Assembly (NCBI RefSeq): GCF_035594765.1
Contig: NC_085846.1
Location: forward strand, 12,883,190 to 12,947,189
DNA: 64,000 nt
Source of the DNA: Anolis carolinensis
Taxonomy: Eukaryota
Reading direction: 5' to 3'
The notes below the pieces were generated by a model. That model was not told the DNA's origin. It worked only from the letters and a program-made list of their open reading frames with translations, and did no database searches. Every line of letters starts with the position of its first letter. Position 1 is the first letter of the stretch. Below are positions 1-11,012 of this stretch, piece after piece. The translations under genes were made by a program, and so were the position numbers.

Positions 1-194
1 TATCGGGATTTCAATGGGAAGTGTGGGCCTGCTTCTGGCCAATGAGATAGTCAAGGTAAGTAGGATTGTTGTTGTTGTGCCTTCAAGTCATTTCAGACTT
101 TGGGGGAGCCTAAGTCTAAAACTGAGGGCGGGGGCCAGGTCAATGGCCTTGGAGGGCCGCATCCGGCCCCCGGGCCTTAGTTTGGGGACCCCTG
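1..194 (-). mobile_element. Non-autonomous hAT (Charlie/OC1-like) element, truncated by window edge, inserted into a Vingi LINE fragment
   Basis: Ends in AGTTTGGGGACCCCTG TIR; same family as 5019-5701. Confidence 0.8.
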
Positions 195-520
195 CTCTAA
201 AGCTTCGGAGAGCTTTTGTTCAACCATTTCAAAGCTCCCTTCTTGAGCGGTGATGGCATGATCGTCAGCATAGATGAAACTCTCTGTTCCTTCTGGCAGT
301 GGCTGAACATTTGTGTAAATGTTAAACATTGATGGAGGAAGCGCGCTCCCCTGGAGCAGGCTGTTCTGTTTTTGCCATCTGCTTCTTTGACCCTGGAATT
401 CAACAAAAAAGCTCCTGTTTTGTAGTAGATTTCCTATGAAGCCAGTGAGGTGGTAATCCTTTGTGATATTATACATTTTTCTCAGGAGGAGGCGATGGTT
501 TACAGTATGATAAGCTGCTT
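195..520 (-). mobile_element. Vingi/Ingi-clade LINE reverse-transcriptase fragment
   Basis: RSFFVEFQGQRSRW..QGSAL.PSMFNIYTN.QP..FIYADD. Confidence 0.75.
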
Positions 521-1341
521 ATACAAAAGTAAATGGAACTGTGTCATCTTTTTGACATCCATGGGGCCTTTGTCTTTTGTTTTTTTTTTCCTCCCTTTTT
601 TCCTTCGCAATATACTTATTTTTCCCTCCAAAAATAAATAATTTATCTTGAGATCAAGAAATGACTGATGGTTGCCTGTTTGGGTGCAAAACTGTACCCT
701 TAAGAGGTTGGGGTGACAGTAAGGCAGTGCTGAGCAAAGTTAAAAGTCCAAAGTTCTTCTTTTAACAGGGTGGGCCACATTTCTGTGCATTTTGATTAGC
801 AGCTGATGATTTTCCTGGAAGGGAGCTAAAATAACAGGAAATCCATAGTCTGCTAAAATTTCACAGGTTGGGTTGCTGTTCAAGGCAAGGCAGCTGAGGT
901 TGTTAAAATGCTGGCCACTTCTGCAAAACTCAGGGCAGCCATGAAATCCATAAAGTAGGCTGATTCTGTGCCCAGCACTTGAGAACCTGGGCATCAATGA
1001 GTTTCTAAATGTTCATCTCCTTTTTTGCCCCAAAATACTTTTTTAGTCCATGTTAGCATAGTAATTTGAGCATTGGACTACGATTCTAGAGCTCAAATTC
1101 TTACTCAGCCATGAAAACCCATTGGGCAACTTATATGCTCTGAGCTCCAGAAATGATGTGAATTTTAGTATTTTATTTTATTTTGCTTATTTAAAGTCCT
1201 CGTGGGGATTCAAGGCGGCTAACAACTGCACACTTTGGCTCCCATTTAAAACAAAGTGGATTCAAAAATTAAAAATACAATTAAATAGTACTGTGTAAGT
1301 TAGGTTAAAATGTAATTAAAATACAATTAATATACTTAATT

Positions 1342-1667
1342 GGAGTCCCTGGTGGTGCAATGGATTAAACAGCTGAGCTGCTGAACTTGCTGACCGAAAG
1401 GTCGATGGTTCGAATCCAGGGAGCAGGGTGAGCTCCCGCTCTTAGTCCCAGCTTCTGCTAACCTAGCAGTTTGAAAACATGCAAATGTGAGTAGATTAAT
1501 GGGTATCGCTTCGACAGGAAGGTAACAGCACTCCATGCAGTCATGCCAGCCACATGAACTTGGAGGTGTCTATGGATAACGCCGACTCTTTGGCTTAGAA
1601 ATGGAGATGAGTGCCAACCCCCAGAGTCAGACATGACTAGACTTAATGTTGGGGAAAACCTTTACCT
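1342..1667 (+). mobile_element. Sauria SINE
   Basis: tRNA-like head with A/B boxes (GGTTCGAATCC), conserved body, ACCTTTACC tail; homologous copies at 3064, 15073 and 55843. Confidence 0.85.
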
Positions 1668-3063
1668 AATACAATAAACATGCATTTTAAAACACACTAC
1701 CAGCTGTTAGGAATTGTGGGAGTTGAAGTCCAAAACACCTGGAGGGCTGAAGTTTGCCCAGGCCTGTTCTAGATCCACTCTAGGGAAGGATTAGTGAGAT
1801 CTTGTAATACAGATCATTTCTTGGATCATGCAAAACAGTTATTTCTTTATGGTAGATAATAATGTCAATTCAACAAGAAAGCTGGAACAAAGCATCTCTC
1901 AGGCTGTTGGGCTTTTAAAAATAACTTGATCTGTCAAAATCAGTAACCAAAGTTGCAAGAAGATAAACATCAGCACATTTCCTAATCTCTACGGATCATG
2001 CTTGCCATGTCAAGCCAGCAACAGTGAGGGTTGCCATTGTGCTCCCTGACAGTTTTTCCCCTTAGACATCTTCAAAAAGAAGCTGGACAGCTACCTGCCG
2101 GGGACGCTTTAGCTGGAGATTCTATATAAATAGTGAATTGAACTCAATAGTGAAGCCCCTTCTTACTCTATAGTTCTATTTGTTGACACTATAATGAGTT
2201 GACAGGAGCAAACTGATTTTGCAAAGTGACTTTCCAAAAGTTACTTCGCAAAATAGAACAGATCTCAGATTTCTTCCCCCTGAGATCTGTTTTATTCAGA
2301 TTTCAGAAAGAAATCTATCCCTTTCGACCCATGTCTGGTGTCATTGACAAGAATTATTGCCACACTGCCTGCACTCCTTCCTCTTCTTCTACTCTGACTT
2401 TTGACCACAGCTGAAGGAAGTACTCTGTTTATCTCAAAGCCAGCCAACTTTCCCAAGCAGCCTAAGATAGCTGTGCCTTTAATAATGTTCAGGCATAAGA
2501 GACATAAGCAGCCCAAAATATCCTTTTTCACTCTGCAAAAAAGCTTCACCTGTTGACTAACAGCTGGTGTGATGTAATGCTTTATTTGGCATTGGCACCT
2601 GAGATATCTAGGCTCACATCCCCATTGAACTATGAAATTGAAGGAAAGGTTGCATAGAAATTGAACATCAGAATGTGGCAGTCTCCTTCTCTGGAGGTTG
2701 TAAGTAAAAGCTAGATGGCCATCTGTCAGGAGGGCTCTGATTGCATGTTCCTGAATGGCAGAATTGGATTGGACTGGATGGCCCTTTGGGGTATCTTCCA
2801 ACTCTATGATTCTATGAACCTACAAATAATTGGGCTTCTATAGTTTTGAGTGTTGAATCCGGACCAGGAACCTTTAAGTCACAATCTCTCAGAGGAAAGA
2901 AATAGCAGGCCTCCTTTGAGTAAACCTTGCCAAAACAACAATCAAATATCATGATACAGTCACCATATACTGAAGTCAACTTGAAGGCACATTACGATAA
3001 TCAATAATCATGTTCAATACGCAAGCCTCAATTTCCTTTATACACTCATATCTCTGTATTAGC

Positions 3064-3392
3064 AGAGCCCCTGATGGCGCAGCGGATTAAACAGCTAAGC
3101 TGCTGAACTTGCTGACCGAAAGATTGGTGGTTCGAATCCGGGGAGCGGGGTTAGCTCCAGCTGTTAGCAACAGCTACTGCCAACCTAGCAATTCAAAAAC
3201 ATACAGATGTGAGTAGATCAAAGGGTACCGCTACTGCAGGAAGGTAACAGCACTTTGTGCAGTCATGCCGGCCACATGACCTTGGAGGTGTCCACAGACA
3301 ACACCGGCTCCTCGGCTTAGAAATGGAGATGAGCACCAACCCCCAGTGTCGGACCCGACTAGACTTAATGTTGGGGAAAACCTTTTAACTTT
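3064..3392 (+). mobile_element. Sauria SINE
   Basis: Near-identical to 1342-1667. Confidence 0.85.
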
Positions 3393-3720
3393 GCTTATCC
3401 CTGTAGCCAATTATAGTCTATTGCAAGAGAGGGAAGAAGACAGATCAGGATTTGCGGGTAGATGTCTGGGTAATTTTCATCAGATTTCTGACCATTTTTT
3501 TTCTGACTCCCAGTAATTTAACATCGATAAATTGTCTTCTTGTCTCATGTCATTGAAATAAAGGAAGGTTCAAAGTTGATTTTAGCTTGGAAAGACTGTG
3601 AACTCCATTCGCAGTTCTGGTACGTAAAAGCAATTTCAAGAGGCAAAGGATCTGTACTGTCTCCTACAAGCGGAGGCTTTAATTCTTCCCCCCCCCCCCC
3701 CATCAAATGATACATCTGTA

Positions 3721-3970
3721 TGTTGTTCAAGGCTTTCATGGCCAGAATCACTGGGTTCCTAAGAGTTTTCTGGGCTGTATGGCCATGTTCCAGAAGCATT
3801 CTCTCCTGACATTTCACTCACATCTATGGCAGGCATCCTCAGAGGTTGTGAGGTCTCAGAGGTTAGATCTCACAACCTCCGAGGGTGCCTGCCATAGATG
3901 TGGGTGAAACATCAGGAGATATTGCTTCTGGAACATGGCCATACAGCCCGAAAAACTCACAGCAACCCAG
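3721..3970. mobile_element. Penelope-derived inverted (pLTR) repeat with decayed hammerhead motifs
   Basis: Inverted arms of about 100 bp containing CTGAGGA-TGCCTGCCATAGATG-GAAA; second copy at 20928-21158. Confidence 0.7.
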
Positions 3971-5018
3971 ACATATCTATAGTTATTTTCATGGTTGATA
4001 TTTTAACACTTTAGCACAATTGAACTTAACTCAGGTTTTCTTTTTAAGTTGCATTGAAAAAATTGCTGAAAATATATCAGAAATAACATTTTTTTCAGGC
4101 CAATATACTCTTGGAAGAAATAACAAGTATGGATGGATACAATCCATGATACATATTAGTCAACCTGGTTCTTGCAGAAATATTGTGAAGTCTGAAGTTC
4201 ATTTGGATTTTGAATGAATAAATTAAAGCTCCAGGTTTTCCACACCTAAAATATATTTTCTATTCTGCTGCACCTTGGCAAAGGATACCCCAAAATATCA
4301 AGCATCTACATGAACTTGTAATTAAAACTGCCAATAAAGCAATTGAGAGCATGCAAATAATGGCAAACCGTGTACATCTGGAGCAAATTTGCTGACACAA
4401 TTCAGTGGGTAGAAGGCCAAATATAGGCAACTGCTTTATATGAGTCAGTGATTCTTCCTTTGACTTGAATGAGCAGTTAAAGGTTACATATACAAGGGTC
4501 TTTCCCAGATCTAATGATAGAGGTCAAGGATCAAATGTGAGACTTTTGAATATACAACATGTGCTCTTATTTATAAAAATGTCATTGGGTTTTGTCAAAC
4601 AAGAAAAGAACAGCAAAGTATGAATGTGATTCCAGAAAAAATGGGAAAAGACAACTTTGGCAACAGCTTTGGTCGTCTTCAGGGCTGTAGCCAGAAAAAA
4701 AAATTTTGGGGGAAGGGGGAGTTGAAACTTTTTTTTAGTAAATCATGGAATAGTTCGATAACACAACAACATTTTTATTACAGTCCAAAGACTTTTGCTC
4801 TGTAAAAGGTATAAGATACAAGGTATGCAAGGTTAGTAAGGCCAAAAATAGCCAAAACTGATTAAAACACACTATGTGGGTGGAATTGACAGCAGATAAA
4901 ACTGATAAAACCAGGATTAAAACTTATAACCAGCATTTAAGATAGCAATGACCTAGGTAAAAGACTACAAAGGGTAACAGGCATGTTTCATCATGCCATA
5001 ATATAAAATACTTTAAAT

Positions 5019-5701
5019 CAGGGGTCCCCAAACTAAGGCCTGGGGCCCGGATGCGGCCCTCCAAGGTCATTTACATGGCCCCCACCCTCAGTTTTATAAT
5101 ATAATATTTTTATATCAGTTTTAATAATATAATATATTGTATATACATATAATATTGATAATAATATTATGTTATACAATATAATACTAATAATACCATA
5201 TAATAATATTAATTATATGTTATATATTACATATTATATAATAGTATAGTGATATAGTTCAATATAGTAATATATAATGCTAATATTGTGCTATGCTAAT
5301 AATATAATATATTGTATGTACATACAGGTGCTCTGAGAAGGGTGGGATATAAATGTAGTAAATAAATGCAGTAAATAAATAATTAATTTTAGACTTAGGC
5401 TCGGCCAAAGTCTGAAATGACTTGAAGGCACACAACAACAATCCTAATTAACTTGACTATCTCATTGGCCAGTAGCAGGCCCACACTTTCCATTGAAATC
5501 CTGATAGGTTTATGTTGGTTAAAATTGTTTTCATTTTTAAATATTGTATTGTTCTTTCATTGTTGTTGTTGTTGCACTACAAATAAGACATGTGCAGTAT
5601 CCATAGGAATTTGTTTGTATTTTTTTTAATGATAATTCGGCCCCTCAACAGTCTGAAGGATAGTGGACCGGCCCTCTGCTTCAAAAGTTTGAAGACCCCT
5701 G
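5019..5701 (+). mobile_element. Non-autonomous hAT (Charlie/OC1-like) element with 8-bp TSD
   Basis: TIRs CAGGGGTCCCCAAACT / AGTTTGAAGACCCCTG; perfect TSD CTTTAAAT at 5011-5018 and 5702-5709. Confidence 0.9.
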
Positions 5702-5796
5702 CTTTAAATTATATGGTTTCAAGTATATTTTATATAGATGTCATTAAATCAAATTTCTATTTTAGTTACAAAGTTTCAAGTCTTAAAATAACTGAA

Positions 5797-7170
5797 AATC
5801 ATAGAATCATAGAATAGTCGAGTTGGAAGAGACCTCATACAAATACGTGAAGGGAAGTCATAGGGAGGAGGGAGGGAGCTTGTTTTCTGCTGCCCTGCAG
5901 ACTAGGACACGGAACAATGGCTTCAAACTACAGGAAAGGAGATTCCACCTGAACATCAGGAAGAACTTCCTCACTGTGAGGGCTGTTCGGCAGTGAAACT
6001 CTCTCCCCCGGACTGTGGTGGAGGCTCCTTCCTTGGAGGCTTTTAAGCAGAGGCCATCTGTCGGGGGTGCTTTGAATGCGATTTCCTGCTTCTTGGCAGG
6101 GGGTTGGACTGGATGGCCCATGAGGTCTCTTCCAACTCTACTATTCTATGATTCTATGATTCTATGATTCATGGGCCATCCAGTCCAACCCCCTGCTAAG
6201 AAGCAGGAAATCGCATTCAAAGCACCCCCGACAGATGGCCATCCAGCCTCTGTTTAAAAGCCTCCAAAGAAGGAGCCTCCACCACAGCCCGGGGGAGAGA
6301 GTTCCACTGCCGAACAGCCCTCACAGTGAGGAAGTTCTTCCTGATGTTCAGGTGGAATCTCCTTTCCTGTAGTTTGAAGCCATTGTTCCGCGTCCTAGTC
6401 TGGAGGGCAGCAGAAAACAAGCTTGCTCCCTCCTCCCTATGACTCCCTATGACTTCCCCTCACATATTTGTACATGGCTATCATGTCTCCTCTCAGCCTT
6501 CTCTTCTGCAGGCTAAACATGCCCAGCTCTTTAAGCCGCTCCTCATAGGGCTTGTTCTCCAGACCCTTGATCATTTTAGTCGCCCTCCTCTGGACGCTTT
6601 CCAGCTTGTCAACATCTCCCTTCAGCTGCGGTGCCCAAAATTGGACACAGTATTCCAGGTGTGGTCTGACCAAGGCAGAATAGAGGGGGAGCATGACTTC
6701 CCTGGATCTAGATGCTATTCCCCTATTGATGCAGGCCAGAATCCCGTTGGCTTTCTTAGCAGCCGCATCACATTGTTGGCTCATGTTTAACTTGTTGTCC
6801 ACAAGGACTCCAAGATCTTTTTCACATGTACTGCTGTCTAGCCAGGAGTACCCCATTCTGTATCTTTGCATTCCATTTTTTCTGCCGAAGTGAAGTATCT
6901 TGCATTTGTCCCTGTTGAACTTCATTTTGTTAGTTTCGGCCCATCTCTCTAGTCTGTCAAGATCGTTTTGAATTCTGCTCCTGTCTTCTGGAGTGTTAGC
7001 TATCCCTCCCAGTTTGGTGTCGTCTGCAAACTTGATGATCGTGCCTTCTAACCCTTCGTCTAAGTCGTTAATAAAGATGTTGAACAGAACCGGGCCCAGG
7101 ACGGAGCCCTGCGGCACTCCACTTGTCACTTCTTTCCATGATGAAGACGACGCATTGGTGAGCACCTTTG
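5797..7170 (-). mobile_element. CR1 LINE, 5'-truncated, young (ORF2 RT fragment)
   Basis: ORF 6437-7165: [41 protein letters not shown]; (ATTCTATG)n tail at 5797-5815 separated from the body by the nested CR1. Confidence 0.92.
5838..6169 (+). mobile_element. Short 5'-truncated CR1 LINE inserted into the 3' end of an opposite-strand CR1
   Basis: ORF2 C-terminus plus 3' UTR ending in (ATTCTATG)n. Confidence 0.9.
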
Positions 7171-7339
7171 GTGATTGCTAATTGCTAATGATTGCTAATT
7201 GATAATTTATAGTTACAAAAGAATACTACAACATTTGTTAGAAACACTTGAAAACCAGGGTTTTTTTTAACCTGAAAAATTGGGGGTGGGGATGGGGGTT
7301 GAACCTCTACCCCCCCCCCCCCCCCCGGCTACAGGCCTG

Positions 7340-8495
7340 ATCATCTTGGTGAATGACCTTCACAGAGAGCTAGACGGGAGAGTGTGTCCCTGCTAGTTCT
7401 CTTGGATCTCTGGGTGGCTTTCGATACCATCAACCGTGGTATTCCTGGGTTAGTTCTCCGGAATGGGTCTTGGGGGTACTGATCTGCAGTGGCTCTGCTC
7501 CTTCCTGGAGGACCGTATCCAGTTGGTGATGCTGGGGGACACCTGCTCAGACCCCTGGCCATTGACCTGTGGGGTCCTGCAAGGCTCTGTTCTTTCTCCC
7601 ATGCGTTTTAATATGCTGGGAGAGGTCATCCGGAGTTTTGGAGTTGGGTGGTATCTCTACGCAGATGGCACTCAACTCTACTACTCTTTTCCACTACATT
7701 TCCCAGGAAGCTTCGCAGATCCTGTACCAGTGTCTGACAGCTGTGACAGATTGGATGAAGGCCAACAAGCTGAAGCTTAATCCAGACAAGTCAGAGGTCC
7801 TCCTGGTCAGTCATGGGGCCGATTGGAGTATAGGATGGCAACCTGTGCTTGACAGGGTCACACTACCCCTGAAGGCACAAGTCCGCAGTCTGGGGATCCT
7901 CCTTGACTCAGCACTGACGCTTGATGCTCAGGTGTCGGTGTTTGCTGGGAAGGCCTCCGCACAATTGAAATTTGTGCGCCAGCTGCGCCCATACCTCGAA
8001 AAGCCTGACTTGGCTATGGTGGTCCACGTCTTAGTTACATCTAGAACGGACTACTGCAATGCACTCTATATGGGGCTGCCTTTGAAGACAGCTTGGAAAC
8101 TGCAGTTAGTGTGAAGGTTGGTGACCAGATTGCTAACCGGAGTTGGCTATAGGGAGCACACCATGCCAGCTCCACTGGCTGCCGATGAGTTTCCGGATCC
8201 AATTCATAGTACAGGTTATTACCTATAAAGCCCTTTACGCTTCAGGGCCAACCTATCTTTGAGAATACATTTATTTTTATGAACCGGCACGGGCTTTAAG
8301 ATCTACTGGAGAGGCCTTCCTCTCGGACCCACCTTTGTCTCAAGTGGGGATGGTGGGGACAAGAGAGAGGGCCTTCTCGGGGGTGCCCCCCCCCCCCCCG
8401 GCTTTTGAATGCCTCCATGAGAGAGATCAGGTTAGCCCCAATCCTCCAAACCTTCTGCACACAATTAAAGACCTGGCTTTTTCGACAAGACTTCA
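7340..8495 (+). mobile_element. L2-clade LINE fragment (degenerate RT)
   Basis: LLDL..AFDT, QGSVLSPM.FN, LYADGTQLY, WMKANKLKLNPDKSEVL, LVTSR.DYCNALY; frameshifted. Confidence 0.85.
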
Positions 8496-8514
8496 ATCAT
8501 GTTTAGAATCTCTA

Positions 8515-8710
8515 ATACAAACAATGTGATGCAGCTGCTAAAAAAGCCATCGGGATTCTGGCCTGCATAAATAGGGGTATAGCATCTAGATCCAAGGAAG
8601 TCATGCTCCCCCTCTATTCTGCCTTGGTCAGACCACACTTGGAATCACATGTGACCAATTCTGGGCACCACAATTGAAGGGAGATGTTGACAAGCTGGAA
8701 AGCGTCCAGT
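8515..8710 (+). mobile_element. CR1 ORF2 fragment
   Basis: [38 protein letters not shown]. Confidence 0.8.
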
Positions 8711-9329
8711 TACTACTCACTTTCCTAACTATACATTTTCCAGACTTGGCTGGCTCCAAAATTCCAACCTGCTCATTATTCCCTGATACAATAGACACAC
8801 AGCAGATTTTCTTTCTTGCCTCTTAAAAATATTTAATGATCAGGTACAATAGTGAGAACCTGGTTCCACAATAGTTTCCACTTAGCCATATAACTGAGTA
8901 ATCCTGGGCCATTTCTCTTTCAGCCAAATCTACTGTATTGTAATTCTCACACAGCCATAAAATTCACTGGGGCTTGATCTATATTGCCACAGAATGCAGT
9001 TTTGAACTCTATTATACATGTCAGCATAGACCAATACAATGCAGTGCAGTCCAGTTAAGTTGCATTATATGGGTGTACATGAGGCATGGCAAACTTCGTC
9101 CCTCCGGGTGTTTTGGACTTCAACTTCCACAATTCCTAACAGCCTGTTAGGAATTGAGGGAATTGTGGGAGTTGAAGTCCAAAACACCCCGAGGGACAAA
9201 GTTTACTCATGCCTGGTCTACACTGACCATATAATTCAGTTCCAAACTGTCTTCTCAGTGTAGACCTGAGCAACCCTCCAGTAATGTCTCTCTTAGCCTC
9301 ATTTATCTCATATTTATCTCTTTTAAGAT

Positions 9330-9612
9330 AAAAATGTACATAGCCATGAGCAAATTGGATGAAAAGTAGGATATAAATGCAACAAACAAGTTAATAATTG
9401 CAAGAAAAGAGATTCCACCTATTAGAAATAAGTTCCTAACACTGAGTTGTTTGGCAATGGAATATTTTGCCTTGAAGTTCGGTGGAGTCTCCGTTCCTGA
9501 AGGTTTGTAAGCAGAGCCTGAGTGGCCATCTATCAGGAGTGCTTTGATTGAATCTTCTTCCATGGCAGAATGGAGTGACTGGATGGCCGTTGTGGTCTCT
9601 TCCAACTCTAAG
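9330..9612 (+). mobile_element. Old CR1 3' fragment
   Basis: Degenerate CR1 3' UTR ending GGTCTCTTCCAACTCTA; similar fragments at 2665-2818 and 34645-35070. Confidence 0.65.
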
Positions 9613-9656
9613 ATAATAGTAAGCTAAGGATTTTTTGCTCGTGGAAATGGACTTAC

Positions 9657-9717
9657 CTTGAAGTGCTAATCCAATCATCAACATCCAAAAATGCCACAGC
9701 ACTGGTGGACCAGCCAT
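9657..9717 (-). CDS. Putative first coding exon (signal peptide) of a secreted or membrane protein gene continuing left of the window; possibly an integrin alpha (ITGAL-like)
   Basis: ccaccATGG Kozak context, MAGPPVLWHFWMLMIGLALQ-G hydrophobic stretch, then consensus donor CAAG|GTAAGT in phase 1 (61 nt). No convincing exon 2 found in the window. Confidence 0.55.
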
Positions 9718-10351
9718 GGTGGAGTAATATAGAAGTTCCAGACTTCAACTTTCCGGAGGGCAAGAGGTGATTCCACGGATGAAACAGAAGGGAGCGTAGG
9801 AGAGAGTGGAAAGAAGACTGAGCCTCGCTTCCGAATTTCAAAATTGTGACTTTCTCTCCTCTGCCTGGTTCAGAAGGGAGGGATAACATGTAGGGAGGAG
9901 GAGAAAAGCAAGGCTGCAGAACATCTTTCTTCCTGTACTGACACACAAAGTGGGTGGCGAAAGACTCGAACACGCATCTGGTGGCCCCCTCAGCAATGAG
10001 GAACCACGTTACATCAGCAAAGTCTCCAAGACAGAGGAAGACGTTGGCATCTGATCACTACACATGAAGGTTTTGCTATGATTAGACAAAAAGTATGGTC
10101 AAACTAGGTCGACCAGGGCATGGAGGAACAGACCCACACCAGTCATAACATTTCATTCATGTAGATGTTTCGTGAATGGTCATTAATCATCACAGAAGGA
10201 CTCGTGGACTCTGTAAAATATGTGTGTTTGAGAAATCATGTGACAAAGCCCACTTCTACCCTAAATTAATGTTACCCAAATCTAGTCAAATAATTTTGGC
10301 AGATGAAGGCAGCAATTCCCAAAGGGCCTCTCCCTATCTCATACAATACAA

Positions 10352-10612
10352 AGGAACCCCCAGATGGCATAGTGGACTAAGTGACTTGAAGGTTGGGTTG
10401 CTGACCTGAAAGCTGCCAGGTTCGAATCCCACCCGGGGAGAGTGTGGATGAGCTCCCTCTATCAGCTCCAGCTCCATGCGGGGACATGAGAGAAGCCTCC
10501 CACAAGGATGGTAAAAACATCAAAACATCTGGGCGTCCCCTGGGCAACGTCCTTGCAGACAGCCAATTCTCTCACTCCAGAAGCAACTCAGGTTGCTCCT
10601 GACACACACACA
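10352..10612 (+). mobile_element. Anolis SINE2-like tRNA-derived SINE
   Basis: B box GGTTCGAATCC, body GAGAGAAGCCTCCCAC..GGGCAACGTC..CCAATTCTCTCAC..CTGACAC. Further copies at 12567-12950(-), 21955-22203(-), 25198-25470(+), 31660-31913(-), 33120-33377(-). Confidence 0.75.
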
Positions 10613-10819
10613 AAAAACACAATGCAAAGCAGCAAACCCTATGCAGATCTTTCATAGCACCATAAATTTGCTCCCATTGGCAAAACGGCACACAGGTAGA
10701 TCAACATCAAGATAAATTACACTTAGCACATTTGTTAAGAGAAAATCGGAGTAGGGAAAAGTGATAGCTGTACAGGCACCAAACCACTTGAAAACTGGGC
10801 GACATTTCATGAGATTCTG

Positions 10820-11012
10820 CAACAACCAACCAACCACAGGTGGAAAGCAGAGGGGGGAAATGAAAGCGGGTCAGCCAATGGGAGATCAAAGCGGCGTGAT
10901 AACAAGCACAGAAATGGCTTCCTGTTTCACCACGACAGGAAGGGGATGTCAGCGAGAAGGTGCATAGATCTCCTCGAAGCGTCTCTCCAATCCAGCCAAG
11001 AGGCCAATCATG
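10820..11012 (+). promoter_or_regulatory. SEPTIN1 proximal promoter/5' UTR with RUNX, ETS and CCAAT motifs
   Basis: AACCACA 10832-10838, CCAAT ~10875, CTTCCTG ~10918, CAGGAAG ~10936, immediately upstream of the ATG exon. Confidence 0.45.

Noticed and set aside
1342-1440. tRNA-like sequences with A/B boxes
   Set aside because: These are SINE heads (Sauria SINE/SINE2), not tRNA genes.
740-2801. - strand ORFs 740-997 and 2292-2801
   Set aside because: No recognisable protein family, poor splice context, and partly CR1-derived.
3545-3663. Possible phase-1 exon 2 for the signal-peptide gene (GDSTDPLPLEIAFTYQNCEW...)
   Set aside because: Weak acceptor, no good donor, runs into a stop, and no recognisable homology.
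6437-7165. 242-aa reverse-transcriptase ORF as a functional gene
   Set aside because: 5'-truncated CR1 ORF2 ending prematurely at a small tandem duplication (6437-6459); not autonomous.
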